This document shows positions 1 through 12,257 of a stretch of DNA of 64,000 nt, one piece after another; position 1 is the stretch's first letter, and the number at the start of each line of letters is the position of its first letter. Under the pieces are notes generated by a model that was not told the origin of the DNA, did not search any database, and saw only the letters and a program-made list of their open reading frames with translations. This DNA comes from Spirochaetia bacterium. Its GTDB lineage: Bacteria > Spirochaetota > Spirochaetia > SZUA-6 > Bin103. Position numbers and translations under genes: made by a program. The stretch spans positions 768,001-832,000 of the forward strand of contig OZ241863.1 in the NCBI GenBank assembly GCA_965203055.1. The letters are read 5' to 3'.

Positions 1-89
1 GGCCCGGATTCGGCGCTGCGGTATCGGTGCAGTTGGCGTTGTAGAGCGCGCGCCAAGCAACCGAGCATAAGAAGGTGGAGACGACCGCT

Positions 90-1211
90 ATGGAGTTCAT
101 TTCGCTGGAGTTCATCCAGCTACAGCTGATCCAGAAGGGCGGCGTGGTGATGATGTTGATCGTCCTGCTGTCAATCATCGCCGCCGTAATCGTGATCGAA
201 CGCCTGCTCTACTTCCGCAGCCGGCGCGCCGACGAGCAGAAGCTGCTGCAGCGCCTCACGGCGACGCTCCGCAAGGGGCACTACGAGGAGGCGCTCGCGA
301 TCTGCGAAGATCATCCCTCGGCCCTCGCGTCGATGATGCAGGTGGGGGTCAACCATCGCCACGCCTCCACGAGCGAGCTGCGGGAGGTGATCCTGGATGC
401 CGCCAACATGGAGATCCCCAAAGAGGAGCGGTTTCTCTCGGCGCTCGGCACCATCGCCCACATCGCGCCGCTGCTGGGTCTGCTCGGCACCGTCACCGGT
501 AACATCCAGGCCTTCGGGGTACTGGGAGACATGGGATCGGTTGCCGACGCCTCGCTGCTGTCGCGCGGCATCTCCGAGGCGCTGCTGACCACCGCGGCCG
601 GCATCATCGTCTCGATGCCGGCGATCATCTTCTACAACTTCCTGGTCAGCAAGGTGAGTCACCGCATGATCCGCCTGGAGCATCGCGTCAGCGAGCTGGT
701 GGCGATGCTGGTGGCGGCCGAGCAGGCTGCCGAGGCGGCGCCGGGCGCGGCCGAGAGCGGGCAACCCGCCGCCGCGCCGGCGGCGGCCGCCCGGGCGGCG
801 GGCGCGGAAGCCGACGCGCAGCAACCCGCCCCGGCGCCCGCGCGGCCGGAGCCGGCGGGCGCGCAACCGGGCCCCGCGGCGCCCCATCCGGCGCCCCAAC
901 CCGCGGCGCCGCAGCCGGGCGTGACGATTCCGCAACCGCAACCGCAACCGGGCTACGCGCTGCCGCAGCCGGGCTACGCGGCCCCGCAACCGGGAGTGGC
1001 GGCTCCGCCTCCGGGTATGGCGCCGCAACCGGGCGTCGTACCGCAGCCGGGCTACGCGATCCCGAACCCCGGAGTGGCGCTGGCCCAATCCGCGGCCGCG
1101 GCGCCGCAGCCCGGGGTGGCGGCCCAACCCGGAATGCCGGCGGCCCATCCGGGTATTGCCGCGGCCCCGAACGGCGCCGCGGCGCCCCGCCAGCCGGCGG
1201 CGGTCAGGTGA
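90..1211 (+). CDS. exbB: MotA/TolQ/ExbB proton channel protein with long Pro/Gln/Ala-rich C-terminal tail
   Basis: LGTIAHIAPLLGLLGTVTG and GISEALLTTAAG motifs; followed by exbD/tonB; start 75 or 90 uncertain. Confidence 0.9.
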   Translation: MEFISLEFIQLQLIQKGGVVMMLIVLLSIIAAVIVIERLLYFRSRRADEQKLLQRLTATLRKGHYEEALAICEDHPSALASMMQVGVNHRHASTSELREVILDAANMEIPKEERFLSALGTIAHIAPLLGLLGTVTGNIQAFGVLGDMGSVADASLLSRGISEALLTTAAGIIVSMPAIIFYNFLVSKVSHRMIRLEHRVSELVAMLVAAEQAAEAAPGAAESGQPAAAPAAAARAAGAEADAQQPAPAPARPEPAGAQPGPAAPHPAPQPAAPQPGVTIPQPQPQPGYALPQPGYAAPQPGVAAPPPGMAPQPGVVPQPGYAIPNPGVALAQSAAAAPQPGVAAQPGMPAAHPGIAAAPNGAAAPRQPAAVR

Positions 1212-1636
1212 AGGCGCGCCGCGGCCTGAAGCCGCAGACCAGCGTCAACCTGGTGCCGATGATCGACGTGGTGTTCCAGCTCGTCATCTTCTTCATGGTT
1301 TCCACCACCTTCAAGGTGGTGCCCGGCATCGAGCTGGATCTGCCCGCTTCGAAGACCGCCGAGCCGGTCGCCTTGACGCCGCTGGTGCTCTCCATCGGCG
1401 ACCGCGACGAGATCTACGTGAATGAACGCCAGGTGACCATCGGCAACCTGGACGCCGCCGTGCGCGAAAATATCGGCGGCGAACCGCCGGATGAGCATCC
1501 GGTGGTAATCGAGGGCGATGCTTCGGTGCCCTACGACCTGATGATAGACGTACTTGACGTGCTGCGGGTACTCGGCTTCCAGAACATGAGCCTGCGCACC
1601 CGGGATCGGAACGCGCCGCTTCCCGGGAGGTCATGA
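1208..1636 (+). CDS. exbD: ExbD/TolR biopolymer transport protein
   Basis: NLVPMIDVVFQLVIFFMV motif; GTGA overlap with exbB stop. Confidence 0.93.
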   Translation: MKARRGLKPQTSVNLVPMIDVVFQLVIFFMVSTTFKVVPGIELDLPASKTAEPVALTPLVLSIGDRDEIYVNERQVTIGNLDAAVRENIGGEPPDEHPVVIEGDASVPYDLMIDVLDVLRVLGFQNMSLRTRDRNAPLPGRS

Positions 1637-2727
1637 GCACCGCCGCGGTCGAATGGCGCGACGCGCGCCTGAACGCGCGGCTCAAGGTTGCCCTGCTGGC
1701 GGCCCTGATCCTGCACGTCGTGGTGCTCATCGCGGTGCAGCTTCGCGCCGCGCTGGAAGCGGAGCAGCCGCGCGGCCCGATCACGATCCAGTTGCAGCCG
1801 ATCGCGCCGCCGGAGCCGGAGCCGATTGCGCCGCCGGAGCCGATCGCGCCGCCGGAGCCCGCGCCCAAGAGCGCCCCGGAGCCGCGCGAGGAGACTCCGG
1901 CGCCCACGCCGACGCCCGCGCCGGCCGCCGAGGCGCCGGCGCCGACTCCCGAACCGCCGGTCGCGCAACCGCGGTCGCAGCCGCTGCCGACGCCGCCGGC
2001 GCCGGCGGAGACGCCCACCGCCCCGCTGCCGGCGGCGCCCCAGCCGGCCGCGGCGCCGCAGCCGGCCCCGGCGCCGGTGGTGGCCAACCGGCCGCCGCCG
2101 CCGCCCGCGGTATCGCGCGCCGAAGCCGCGGCCGCGGCGCAGCAACTCGCCCGCGCGGCGCTGCAGACGTTGGCGCCGACTCCCGACGCCGGTGACGAGC
2201 CTACCAACTTCGGCGCCCCGGTAGCGGCCCTGGCCGACGCGCCGCCGGCGCCGGTCGTATCGGAGACCCAACGCCCGTCGGTGGGAACCCCCTCCGCGAC
2301 CTACGACCAGGCATCCAATGCGCAGCGGGTGGCCGGTATCGACAAGAATCTTGCCGCGGGCAGCCCGCCGGCGGGGGGGAGCGCCCCGGCCGACGGAGTG
2401 CTGGCGGCCGGTACGGCGCGGGGCAGCGCCGTCGGCGGCGGCCCCTCGGGAGTGCTGTGGGACGGCGACGGCGCAGGCTGCGGCGAACCGGTGGTTGATC
2501 CGCCGCCGGCTACCGGAGGGATCGACGGCGGCGGCATGACCTACCACATCGAGGTGCAGTTCCGGCTGGACGGTACCGGCCTGGTGCTCAGTCCGCGGAT
2601 CACCACCGGCAGCGGCAACAGCCAGCTCGACAACGCGGTGCTCAGCGCCGCGCGCGGCATGCGATTCGACTGCTCCTCCGAAGCGCGCGGGCGCCGAATC
2701 TACCAAGTCAAACCGGGCGGCAGATAG
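1633..2727 (+). CDS. tonB: TonB-family energy transducer
   Basis: N-terminal TM with LHVV, long Pro-rich linker, C-terminal SGNSQLDNAVL TonB_C-like motif; ATGA overlap. Confidence 0.8.
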   Translation: MSTAAVEWRDARLNARLKVALLAALILHVVVLIAVQLRAALEAEQPRGPITIQLQPIAPPEPEPIAPPEPIAPPEPAPKSAPEPREETPAPTPTPAPAAEAPAPTPEPPVAQPRSQPLPTPPAPAETPTAPLPAAPQPAAAPQPAPAPVVANRPPPPPAVSRAEAAAAAQQLARAALQTLAPTPDAGDEPTNFGAPVAALADAPPAPVVSETQRPSVGTPSATYDQASNAQRVAGIDKNLAAGSPPAGGSAPADGVLAAGTARGSAVGGGPSGVLWDGDGAGCGEPVVDPPPATGGIDGGGMTYHIEVQFRLDGTGLVLSPRITTGSGNSQLDNAVLSAARGMRFDCSSEARGRRIYQVKPGGR

Positions 2728-2836
2728 GAGTTCTTCGCGGCCCGGCGCGGGCGGAGCGCCGGGCCGCCCTTTTGGGGAGCCCGGCGCGCGGCCCGCGCCG
2801 GCTGCTCAATCGGCGCCGGCTCATGGTACGGTCCTG

Positions 2837-3556
2837 GTGAACCACCTCATGGCAGCTTTCCGTAGCCCTCCGTTGCGCGCCGTGGTCTTCGACGTCGACG
2901 GCACGCTGTATCCCATCCGCCAGATCGTGCGCCGCTCCTGGCCGCTGGTGTGCCGCCACGCGCGTCTGTTCCGCGCCTTCGGCCGCGCCCGGCGCGCGTT
3001 GCGCGGCGAGCGGCCCGGCGCCCGGCTGCGCCAGCGGCAGGCGGAGCTGGTGGCCGGCTTCCTCGGCATCGACGCCGAGTCGGCGGCCGAGGCGGTGGAG
3101 CGGGTGGTGTACCGGCAGTGGCCGCGCACCTTCCGGCGGCTGCGGCCCTATGCGCAGGTGGCCGCCACGCTGGCCCGGCTGCGGGCGGACGGCCTGCGGC
3201 TGGGAGTGGTCTCCGATTCCCCGTTCATCCGCCAGAAGTTGTCGGCGTTGGGTCTGGCCGCGGGCTGGCGCGGGGTGGTCAGCGCCGACGAGGCGGGAGC
3301 GTTGAAGCCCAATCCGGAACCGTTCCTGCTGGTGTTGCGCCGGCTGCAGGTGGCACCGGAGGAAGTGCTGTTCGTGGGCAACAGCTACGCGCTCGACGTG
3401 GTCGGCGCGCACCGCGTCGGCATGCGCGCCGCGCACCTGACGCGCCGTCCGGTGGCCTCGGGGGTGGCCGCGGTATCGTTTCCCAACTACCGCTCCTTCC
3501 CGGAGATTGCGCCGCCTGCCGGAGTACGCGCGGCCGGAAGCCGGCGCCAGGTTTGA
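2837..3556 (+). CDS. HAD-family hydrolase
   Basis: VVFDVDGTL motif I, KPNPEPF, FVGNS motif IV variant. Confidence 0.85.
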   Translation: MNHLMAAFRSPPLRAVVFDVDGTLYPIRQIVRRSWPLVCRHARLFRAFGRARRALRGERPGARLRQRQAELVAGFLGIDAESAAEAVERVVYRQWPRTFRRLRPYAQVAATLARLRADGLRLGVVSDSPFIRQKLSALGLAAGWRGVVSADEAGALKPNPEPFLLVLRRLQVAPEEVLFVGNSYALDVVGAHRVGMRAAHLTRRPVASGVAAVSFPNYRSFPEIAPPAGVRAAGSRRQV

Positions 3557-3637
3557 CAGTCCCCGCTGCCGGCGGCTAACATGGCGGCGCTGCGTGCCAC
3601 GAGTCCCGGGCGCGGCATTGGGGAGGGGGACGCACCA

Positions 3638-4798
3638 ATGTTCTCAGTCGGCAACCTCATCACCCTGCTGGTGGTGGTGGCCATACTGTTCGCCTACCGC
3701 TACTTCGATGCAAGGCGCGGCGCGCTGGACAAGGTGAAGCGCTACGCCGACCGCGTGGCCAAGGGCGTCGCGCAGTCGGTCGATCAGAAGGCGGCGGAGG
3801 TCCGGGACCTGGCGATCGAGTTGCAGGTCAACCTCAAGACCGGAGCGGAGTTGCTGAAGCGGGTGCGCGCCATCGCGGGCGGATTGACCGACCGGGTCGG
3901 CGAAGTGGAGCGCCTCGGGGAGCGGCTGCGGGCCCACGACGCGACCGTCACCGAGCTGGCGCGCGGGACCAGGGCGGCGCAGGAGGAGTTGCGTCAGGTA
4001 GCGGCGGAGTGCGCGGCGATTCCCGCTCTCAAGGAGCGCCTCGGCGGGGTTCGCGGGGAGACCGCCGGTCTGGAACTGCGGGTCCGCGGCGCGGCCGCGG
4101 CGGTGACGGAGCTCGATCAGCGCATCGCCGGGTTGCTGGCCCAGCGGGAGGAGCTGCACGGGGTGCGGCGGGATCTGGCGCAGGCGCGCGAACTGGGCAA
4201 CGAGGTGCTGCTGAAGGCGGGCCAGTTGCAGGCGCAGCACCGGCAAGTCGAAACCCTGCACGGCGCGGTTCACGCGCTGGAGCAGGACGTGGAGCGGCTG
4301 CATCCCGGAGTCGGCGAAGCGCGCGCCACGCTGGCGCGGCTGCAGGACCAGATTCAGAGCCTGGCGGCCGGTTCGGACCGCGCCGCCGAGGCGCTCGCGG
4401 CCCTGGGCCGGATCGATGCGGCGATGGCCGAGGCGGAACAGCGCGCGGCCCGGTTGCAAGTGGCCCGAGAGTGGCTCGCGCGCACCGAGACCCGGCTCGC
4501 CGAGGTGGGCGCCGGCGCGCAGGAACAGGTGCGCCTGCTGGAGGCGCTGCTCCGCGAGGAGCGCTCCTCCGCCGCGGCCGAGAACGGTTCCGCGGCGCTC
4601 GGCAAGCGCGAAACGGTGCTCAAGTTGGCCGCTCAGGGCTGGTCGGTGCCCGAGATCGCCCGCGCGGCCCGGCTCAGCCGCGGCGAGGTGGAGCTTACCC
4701 TGGAGGTCGGCGCCAGCTCGGCCCGGAGCCTGCCCGAATACCAGCCGGCCGCCGCGCGAGCCGGCGGAGCGCCGCCGCCGGCGGCGCCGGTAGAGTAG
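3638..4798 (+). CDS. Membrane-anchored coiled-coil protein, spirochaete SpiroCoCo-like (short form)
   Basis: GGAGG before ATG 3638; N-terminal TM then LDKVKRYAD; C-terminal RETVLKLAAQGWSVPEIARAARLSRGEVEL HTH-like end; family from recall. Confidence 0.65.
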   Translation: MFSVGNLITLLVVVAILFAYRYFDARRGALDKVKRYADRVAKGVAQSVDQKAAEVRDLAIELQVNLKTGAELLKRVRAIAGGLTDRVGEVERLGERLRAHDATVTELARGTRAAQEELRQVAAECAAIPALKERLGGVRGETAGLELRVRGAAAAVTELDQRIAGLLAQREELHGVRRDLAQARELGNEVLLKAGQLQAQHRQVETLHGAVHALEQDVERLHPGVGEARATLARLQDQIQSLAAGSDRAAEALAALGRIDAAMAEAEQRAARLQVAREWLARTETRLAEVGAGAQEQVRLLEALLREERSSAAAENGSAALGKRETVLKLAAQGWSVPEIARAARLSRGEVELTLEVGASSARSLPEYQPAAARAGGAPPPAAPVE

Positions 4799-4820
4799 CC
4801 CGCCCCCGAGGAACCGCACC

Positions 4821-5846
4821 GTGCAACTGCTGCCTGACAATCTCGCCGTCAACCTGGCGGTCATCGTCGTGGCCTTCGGCGTGCTCGCCTACTGCGCCGA
4901 CTTTCTGGTCGATGGCGCGGTCGGCATCGCTCAGCGGCTGCGCGTTCCGAAGATCGTCATCGGCATCGTGCTGGTGGGATTCGCCACCACCTCGCCGGAG
5001 CTTACCGTGTCCCTCCTGGCGGCGCTGCGCGGGCACCCGGAGCTGGCGCTGGGCAACGCCATCGGGTCGGTCATCGTCGACGACGCGGTAGCGCTGGGGC
5101 TGGGCATCCTGGTGGCGCCGGTGGCCATTGCGGTCGATTCCAAGGTGCTCAAGACCACCGGCCTGTTCCTCGCCGCGGTGGCGGTGGTCAGTTTCGCGCT
5201 GGCGGCGAACGGCACCGTCTCGCGGCTGGAAGGGGCCGCGCTGCTGGCCATTCACGTGGCCTATCTGACCGCGGTGCTGGTGGTCGAGGGCCGGCGGCGG
5301 CGGGCGCGGGCGCAGGATGCGGATGCGGATGCCGGCGGCGAGGACGCCGGCGGCGAAGCGGAGGAGCAGGGCAAGCCGGGCGGGCTCGGAGCGCAGTTGC
5401 TGCGCCTGCTCGGCGGGGTTGCCGGTATCGTGGTGGCCAGCGAGCTGCTGGTGGAGTCGGCCACCTTCGTAGCCCGCGTCGTGGGCGCCTCCGAGGCGAT
5501 AATCGGGCTGACCATCATCGCCGTCGGCACCTCGCTGCCGGAGATCGCGACCAACATCTCCGCCGGTCGCCGGGGGCACGGCGATCTGGCCCTGGGCAAT
5601 ATCCTCGGCGCCGACATCCTCAACCTGCTGTGGATCATCGGCGCGTCGGCGCTGGCCAACCCGATCCGGGTAGATCGCTCGGTGGTGTTCTACTCGTTCC
5701 CCTGGATGCTGGTGATCGTCGGCACCATGTTGCTGCTGTGCCGCATCGGCTACCGGCTGCCGCGCTGGAAGGGCGTGGTCCTGGTCGGCCTCTACCTGAT
5801 CTATCTGGTCATGACGATCGTGGTCTTCTACCTGAACGGCGCCTGA
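4821..5846 (+). CDS. Calcium/sodium antiporter (YrbG-like)
   Basis: Two alpha repeats GFATTSPE..GNAIGS and GTSLPE..GNILGA. Confidence 0.9.
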   Translation: MQLLPDNLAVNLAVIVVAFGVLAYCADFLVDGAVGIAQRLRVPKIVIGIVLVGFATTSPELTVSLLAALRGHPELALGNAIGSVIVDDAVALGLGILVAPVAIAVDSKVLKTTGLFLAAVAVVSFALAANGTVSRLEGAALLAIHVAYLTAVLVVEGRRRRARAQDADADAGGEDAGGEAEEQGKPGGLGAQLLRLLGGVAGIVVASELLVESATFVARVVGASEAIIGLTIIAVGTSLPEIATNISAGRRGHGDLALGNILGADILNLLWIIGASALANPIRVDRSVVFYSFPWMLVIVGTMLLLCRIGYRLPRWKGVVLVGLYLIYLVMTIVVFYLNGA

Positions 5847-5900
5847 CTCCCGCCTGCCGCCGCGCCGCCGCCCCGGCGGCGGCGGCGCGGCGGGAACTCC

Positions 5901-5930
5901 TTGACCGCGATGAAAGGCGGTTATTACCTT
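5901..5930 (+). promoter_or_regulatory. Possible sigma70-type promoter of grpE-dnaK-dnaJ
   Basis: TTGACC (5901), 18-nt spacer, TACCTT (5925) in an AT-richer intergenic patch. Confidence 0.3.
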
Positions 5931-6009
5931 ACCGTTGCGCTTCAGCCGTCGGTCAGGGCGGCGAGTGATGGGGCCGCCCCGGCCTCACCTCGGTAGCGCG
6001 CTACGCAGT

Positions 6010-6834
6010 ATGACGAAGAAACGTTTCGGCAACGGTGGTTCGCGGGGTGGCCGCTCCGGCCGGGGAAGACGGCGCGCCGAGACCGAGCACCCCGCCGCAC
6101 CGGCCAGCGGCGCTGCCGCAGCGGCGGAGCGCGCGGCTCAGCCGGAGGAGGCGGCCGGCGCGGATGCGGCCGACGGCAGCGGCGCCGGGAGCGACCCGCG
6201 CGGCCCGGACGGCGGAGCGCCGGTCAGCGAAGCGCCCGGCGGCGAAGCGGCGGGCGCCGCCGGCGCCAGGGACACGGCGCCTGACGCGGCCGCCGAGAGC
6301 GCCGCGGACGCGGCGCCGTGCGAAGTCGCGCAGGCCGAACAGTTGGACCAGCTTCGCGGCCAGATTGCAACGCTGCAGGACGAGTTGTTGCGCAAGCAGG
6401 CCGACTTCGAGAACTTCCGCAAGCGCATCAATCGGGACAAGGAAGAGGCCATCAAGTTCGCCAACAAAGGTCTCCTGCTCGATCTCACCGCGGTGCTCGA
6501 CGACTTCGAACGGGCCAGCTCGGCAGCCGCTCAGAGCGAGGACTTCGCTACCTTGCGCAGCGGCATCGAGTTGATCGAGAAGCAGCTCTTGAGCACCTTG
6601 CAGCGCAAGTGGGGGCTTACCCGGTTCGAATCGGCGGGCCAGCCGTTCGATCCGGAGCGCCACGAAGCGCTGACCTCCGCGCCGTCAGCCGACCACACCG
6701 AGACCACGGTGATCGAGGATTACCAGAAGGGTTACACGCTGCACGGGCGCGTCATCCGCGCGGCGCGGGTACGCGTCGTAACGCCGCTGGAGCGAGCTGC
6801 CGGCGATCGCGAGTCCGCCGCGAAAGGAGTATAG
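6010..6834 (+). CDS. grpE: Nucleotide exchange factor GrpE with low-complexity N-terminus
   Basis: [33 protein letters not shown]; start uncertain (5968/6010). Confidence 0.93.
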   Translation: MTKKRFGNGGSRGGRSGRGRRRAETEHPAAPASGAAAAAERAAQPEEAAGADAADGSGAGSDPRGPDGGAPVSEAPGGEAAGAAGARDTAPDAAAESAADAAPCEVAQAEQLDQLRGQIATLQDELLRKQADFENFRKRINRDKEEAIKFANKGLLLDLTAVLDDFERASSAAAQSEDFATLRSGIELIEKQLLSTLQRKWGLTRFESAGQPFDPERHEALTSAPSADHTETTVIEDYQKGYTLHGRVIRAARVRVVTPLERAAGDRESAAKGV

Positions 6835-6839
6835 CAGGC

Positions 6840-8834
<1,995 letters not shown>

Positions 8835-8865
8835 CCGGGACTCACCTGATTAGGATCGCGAGCGG

Positions 8866-9993
8866 TTGGCCAAGCGGGATTATTACGACGTACTGGGGGT
8901 CGACAAGAGCGCGGCCCTCGATGACATAAAGAAGGCGTACCGCAAGCTCGCGATTCGCTATCACCCCGACAAGAATCCCGGCGACCAGGCGGCCGAGGAG
9001 AAGTTCAAGGAGGCCACCGAAGCCTACGACGTACTCTCCGATACCCGCAAGCGAGAGGCCTACGATCAGTTCGGCTTCGCCGGCGTCGACGGCATGCGCG
9101 GCGGCGGAACGCAGGACTTCTCGCACGTGTTCCGCGACTTCGAGGACATCTTCGGCGACTTCGGGGGCATCTTCGACTCGCTGTTCGGCGGTGGCCGGCG
9201 GCGCGCTCCCGGGGCGCGCGCCGGTGTCGTACGCGGCGACGATCTACGCTACGACTTGAAGGTGCCGTTCGCCGACGCGGTGTTCGGCAGCGACGTGGAG
9301 ATCGCCTTCACCCGCCGCGAGGCATGCGATCCGTGCCGCGGCACCGGCGTGGCCGGCGGGGCGGGCCGCGCCATCTGTCCGAGCTGCGGCGGCAGCGGTC
9401 AAGTGCGGCGCAGCTCGGGGTTCTTCTCGATTGCGTCCACCTGCCCCCAATGCGAGGGCGCCGGGGACGTCGTCGAGCATCCGTGCCAGCATTGCCGCGG
9501 CAGCGGCCGGCAACGCCGCAACCGGCGCATCAAGATCACCATTCCGCAGGGCATCGAGCCGGGAAAGCGCATCCAGATTCCGGGCGAAGGCGACGGCGCG
9601 AGCGGCAACCGGCCGCCCGGCGACCTGTACGTCTACATCCACATCCAGCCGCATGAACTGTTCGAGCGGCACGGCAACGACCTGTACTGCGTAATCCGGG
9701 TGGGGGTCGTGCAGGCCGCGCTGGGTGCGGACATCGTGGTCCCGACCCTGGACCAGCGGCGGGTCAAGGTCAGGATTCCGGCCGGCACCCAGAACGGCAA
9801 GATGCTGCGGTTGCGCAACGAGGGCGTCCCGTACCGGGGCGAGCGTCACCGGCGCGGCAATCTCTACATCCGCGTGCTGATCAAGATCCCGGAGAAGGTG
9901 CCGGCGCGCGCGCGCCATCTGCTGGAAGAGTTCTCCCGCATCGTGCCGGACGACGACACCCCGCAACCCGTACCCCTGGCCGAGCTAGAGTAG
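8866..9993 (+). CDS. dnaJ: Chaperone DnaJ
   Basis: J-domain HPD, G/F region, four CxxCxGxG motifs; TTG start. Confidence 0.98.
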   Translation: MAKRDYYDVLGVDKSAALDDIKKAYRKLAIRYHPDKNPGDQAAEEKFKEATEAYDVLSDTRKREAYDQFGFAGVDGMRGGGTQDFSHVFRDFEDIFGDFGGIFDSLFGGGRRRAPGARAGVVRGDDLRYDLKVPFADAVFGSDVEIAFTRREACDPCRGTGVAGGAGRAICPSCGGSGQVRRSSGFFSIASTCPQCEGAGDVVEHPCQHCRGSGRQRRNRRIKITIPQGIEPGKRIQIPGEGDGASGNRPPGDLYVYIHIQPHELFERHGNDLYCVIRVGVVQAALGADIVVPTLDQRRVKVRIPAGTQNGKMLRLRNEGVPYRGERHRRGNLYIRVLIKIPEKVPARARHLLEEFSRIVPDDDTPQPVPLAELE

Positions 9994-9998
9994 TCCAG

Positions 9999-11342
9999 AT
10001 GCCCGGCGGCGCGGCGCTGGTGGTGGGCACGGCCGTGGCCGCCCTGCTCGGCGCCCAGATTGTGGTAGCCGCCCTGCGTACCCCGGCCGCGCCGCGGCGC
10101 GCCGAGGCGGTCTGGTTCATGCTGTTCCTTGGCGCGATGCTGGTGATGGCGCTGACCCCGGCCACCGGTCCGGCCGGTCTGGCGGCCACCGCGGTGTTGT
10201 TGTGGGTGGCGGGCGCCTACCTCACCGCGCGCGACGGCGAGCGCGTGCCGCGGCGCTGGCACGCGCTGGCGGGCGCGGCGACCGGCGTGGTCGTGGGGTG
10301 CCTGCTGGCCGGCTGGTGGGGCAGCGCCCGCTGGCTGTTGCCGATGGCAGCCACCGCGGCGCTCGCGGTCTACCCGTGGCGGCGCCTGTGCGGGCGGCGC
10401 CACCTGCGCAAGGGAGCCGCGGACTGGTATCTCTGCAGCACCGGCCTGCTGCCGGTCGCGGGGGCGCTGGGAGATCAGGTGGTACAGCTCCTGGGCGCCC
10501 CGGCGCCGTCGTTGGCGGTCGCCGGCGTCGGCGTGCTGACGCTGGGCTCCGGCTACTTTCTGACCGAGTTGAACTACCTGCGCGGGACGCCGGGCGGCGG
10601 TCTCGCCGGCCAGATGCGCCGCCTGCAGCGTCTGCGCCGCCGGCTGGAGCACGCTGAAGAGAGCCTGTTGCTGCAGAACCGCCTGGAGACCGTGGGTTAC
10701 CTCACGGCCGGCGTCTCCCACGAGTTCAAGAATATCCTGGCTCACATCAAGACCACCGCGGAATGGGGTATGAAAGCCGCGATCCTGTCCGACGCGGCCC
10801 GCGCCCTGCGTCTCATTCGCCGTCACGTGGGCGCCGGGGTAGCCGGAGTCAACGAGATGCTCACTACCGTGCTGCGCGGCGGACCGGAGCAGCGCACCGA
10901 GGTACGGGTGCGCGAGGAACTGGGGCAGATGTTGGGAATGGTGACGGCCTCCTACCAGGCCGAGCAGGTGACCGTGGACCTGCAGGTGCCGCCGGCCTTC
11001 ACGGTAGTCACCCGCAAGCGGGAACTGCTGCTGGCGCTGCTGAACCTCCTGCAGAACGGGGCGCAGATCACGGCCGAGCGCGTAGCCGGCGGCGGCTCGG
11101 TGACGGTGGCCGGCCGCGCCACCGCCGAGCAGCGCATCCTGGAGGTGACCGATGCCGCGGGCGGAGTAGAACCGGAAGCGGCCGCCCGCCTGTTCGACTG
11201 GGGATACACCACCGGTTCGGGCACCGGTCTCGGCCTGCACCTCGCGCGGCGCCTGGTGGAACGCAACGGCGGCACGCTGACCTATCACGCCCGGCCCGAC
11301 GGAAGCTGCTTTCGCATCGTCTTGCCGCGGGAGCCGGCGTGA
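9999..11342 (+). CDS. Membrane sensor histidine kinase
   Basis: Multi-TM N-terminus; H-box GVSHEFKN, N-box LLNLLQN, G2 GSGTGLGL. Confidence 0.88.
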   Translation: MPGGAALVVGTAVAALLGAQIVVAALRTPAAPRRAEAVWFMLFLGAMLVMALTPATGPAGLAATAVLLWVAGAYLTARDGERVPRRWHALAGAATGVVVGCLLAGWWGSARWLLPMAATAALAVYPWRRLCGRRHLRKGAADWYLCSTGLLPVAGALGDQVVQLLGAPAPSLAVAGVGVLTLGSGYFLTELNYLRGTPGGGLAGQMRRLQRLRRRLEHAEESLLLQNRLETVGYLTAGVSHEFKNILAHIKTTAEWGMKAAILSDAARALRLIRRHVGAGVAGVNEMLTTVLRGGPEQRTEVRVREELGQMLGMVTASYQAEQVTVDLQVPPAFTVVTRKRELLLALLNLLQNGAQITAERVAGGGSVTVAGRATAEQRILEVTDAAGGVEPEAAARLFDWGYTTGSGTGLGLHLARRLVERNGGTLTYHARPDGSCFRIVLPREPA

Positions 11343-12247
11343 CGCCCTCCGGCGCCCGCCGCGGCGCCGCGCCGCAGGAGTTGTTCGACGACCAGGGACG
11401 CAGCCGCGGCTACTATGCGGCGGACAACCGGCTCAACGACCTGACCGGCCGGGAGTGGCTGTACTGGACGCGATCGGTAGTCAACCGGCCCTATCCGGCG
11501 AACTGCCAGCATGCCCTGCGCCGCGCCCATGGCGGGCAGAAGCCGCCCGACTTGTGCGCCGACCTGATTTGCGTCTTCAGCAAGCGCGGGCAGCGCGTGC
11601 TCGATCCGTTCATGGGGGTCGGCGGCGTGCTGCTGGGGGCGGCGCTGGCGGAACGCCGCGCAGTCGGGGTGGAGATCAACCCGCGCTGGATCGAGATCTA
11701 CCGCGAGGTGTGCCGCCGGGAGGGGCTGCCGGAGATGCCGGCCTGGGCCGGCGACGCCGGCAGCGTGCTGCCGCGGGTGGCGGGTCCCTTCGACCTGGTG
11801 TTCACCGACGTTCCCTACTGGAACATGGACGTGGCGCGGCGTTCCAAGGGCAGCTACAAGCGGGTGGAGGAGCGCGCGCGGCCGACCCCCGCGACCCGGT
11901 TGACCGAGTTCGGCAGCGCCTCCGGCTATCCCGACAAGGCGAGCTGGCTGGCCGCCATGGAGCGGGTGTTCCGCCTTGCCGCAGCCCGCCTCAAGAGCGG
12001 CGGCTACCTGCTTTCCTTCATCGGCGACATGTACACCGCCGGCGCCTACCATGCATTGTCGAACGACCTGGCGGCGATGCTCAGCGGCATCGAGCCGCTG
12101 GTGTGGCAGGCCAATCTGATCTGGTACGACGTGTCCAAGAAGCTGCACATCTACGGCTATCGCTATCGCTTCATTCCTTCGCTGGTGCACCAGAACATCC
12201 TGGTGTTTCGCAAGCAGGAGCCGGGCCCGGCGCCCGGCCGCGGGTGA
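11339..12247 (+). CDS. Amino (N6/N4)-type methyltransferase, probably DNA; orphan
   Basis: VLDPFMGVGG SAM motif and FTDVPYW catalytic-like motif; GTG 11339 overlaps kinase stop. Confidence 0.75.
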   Translation: MTPSGARRGAAPQELFDDQGRSRGYYAADNRLNDLTGREWLYWTRSVVNRPYPANCQHALRRAHGGQKPPDLCADLICVFSKRGQRVLDPFMGVGGVLLGAALAERRAVGVEINPRWIEIYREVCRREGLPEMPAWAGDAGSVLPRVAGPFDLVFTDVPYWNMDVARRSKGSYKRVEERARPTPATRLTEFGSASGYPDKASWLAAMERVFRLAAARLKSGGYLLSFIGDMYTAGAYHALSNDLAAMLSGIEPLVWQANLIWYDVSKKLHIYGYRYRFIPSLVHQNILVFRKQEPGPAPGRG

Positions 12248-12257
12248 CCGCGGAAAG

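Noticed and set aside
5847..6010. CIRCE element before grpE
   Set aside because: No TTAGCACTC-N9-GAGTGCTAA found
6318..6839. N-terminal extension of DnaK (838-aa ORF)
   Set aside because: Overlaps grpE; SD and canonical start at 6840
11339..12247. Restriction-modification system
   Set aside because: No adjacent endonuclease or specificity subunit
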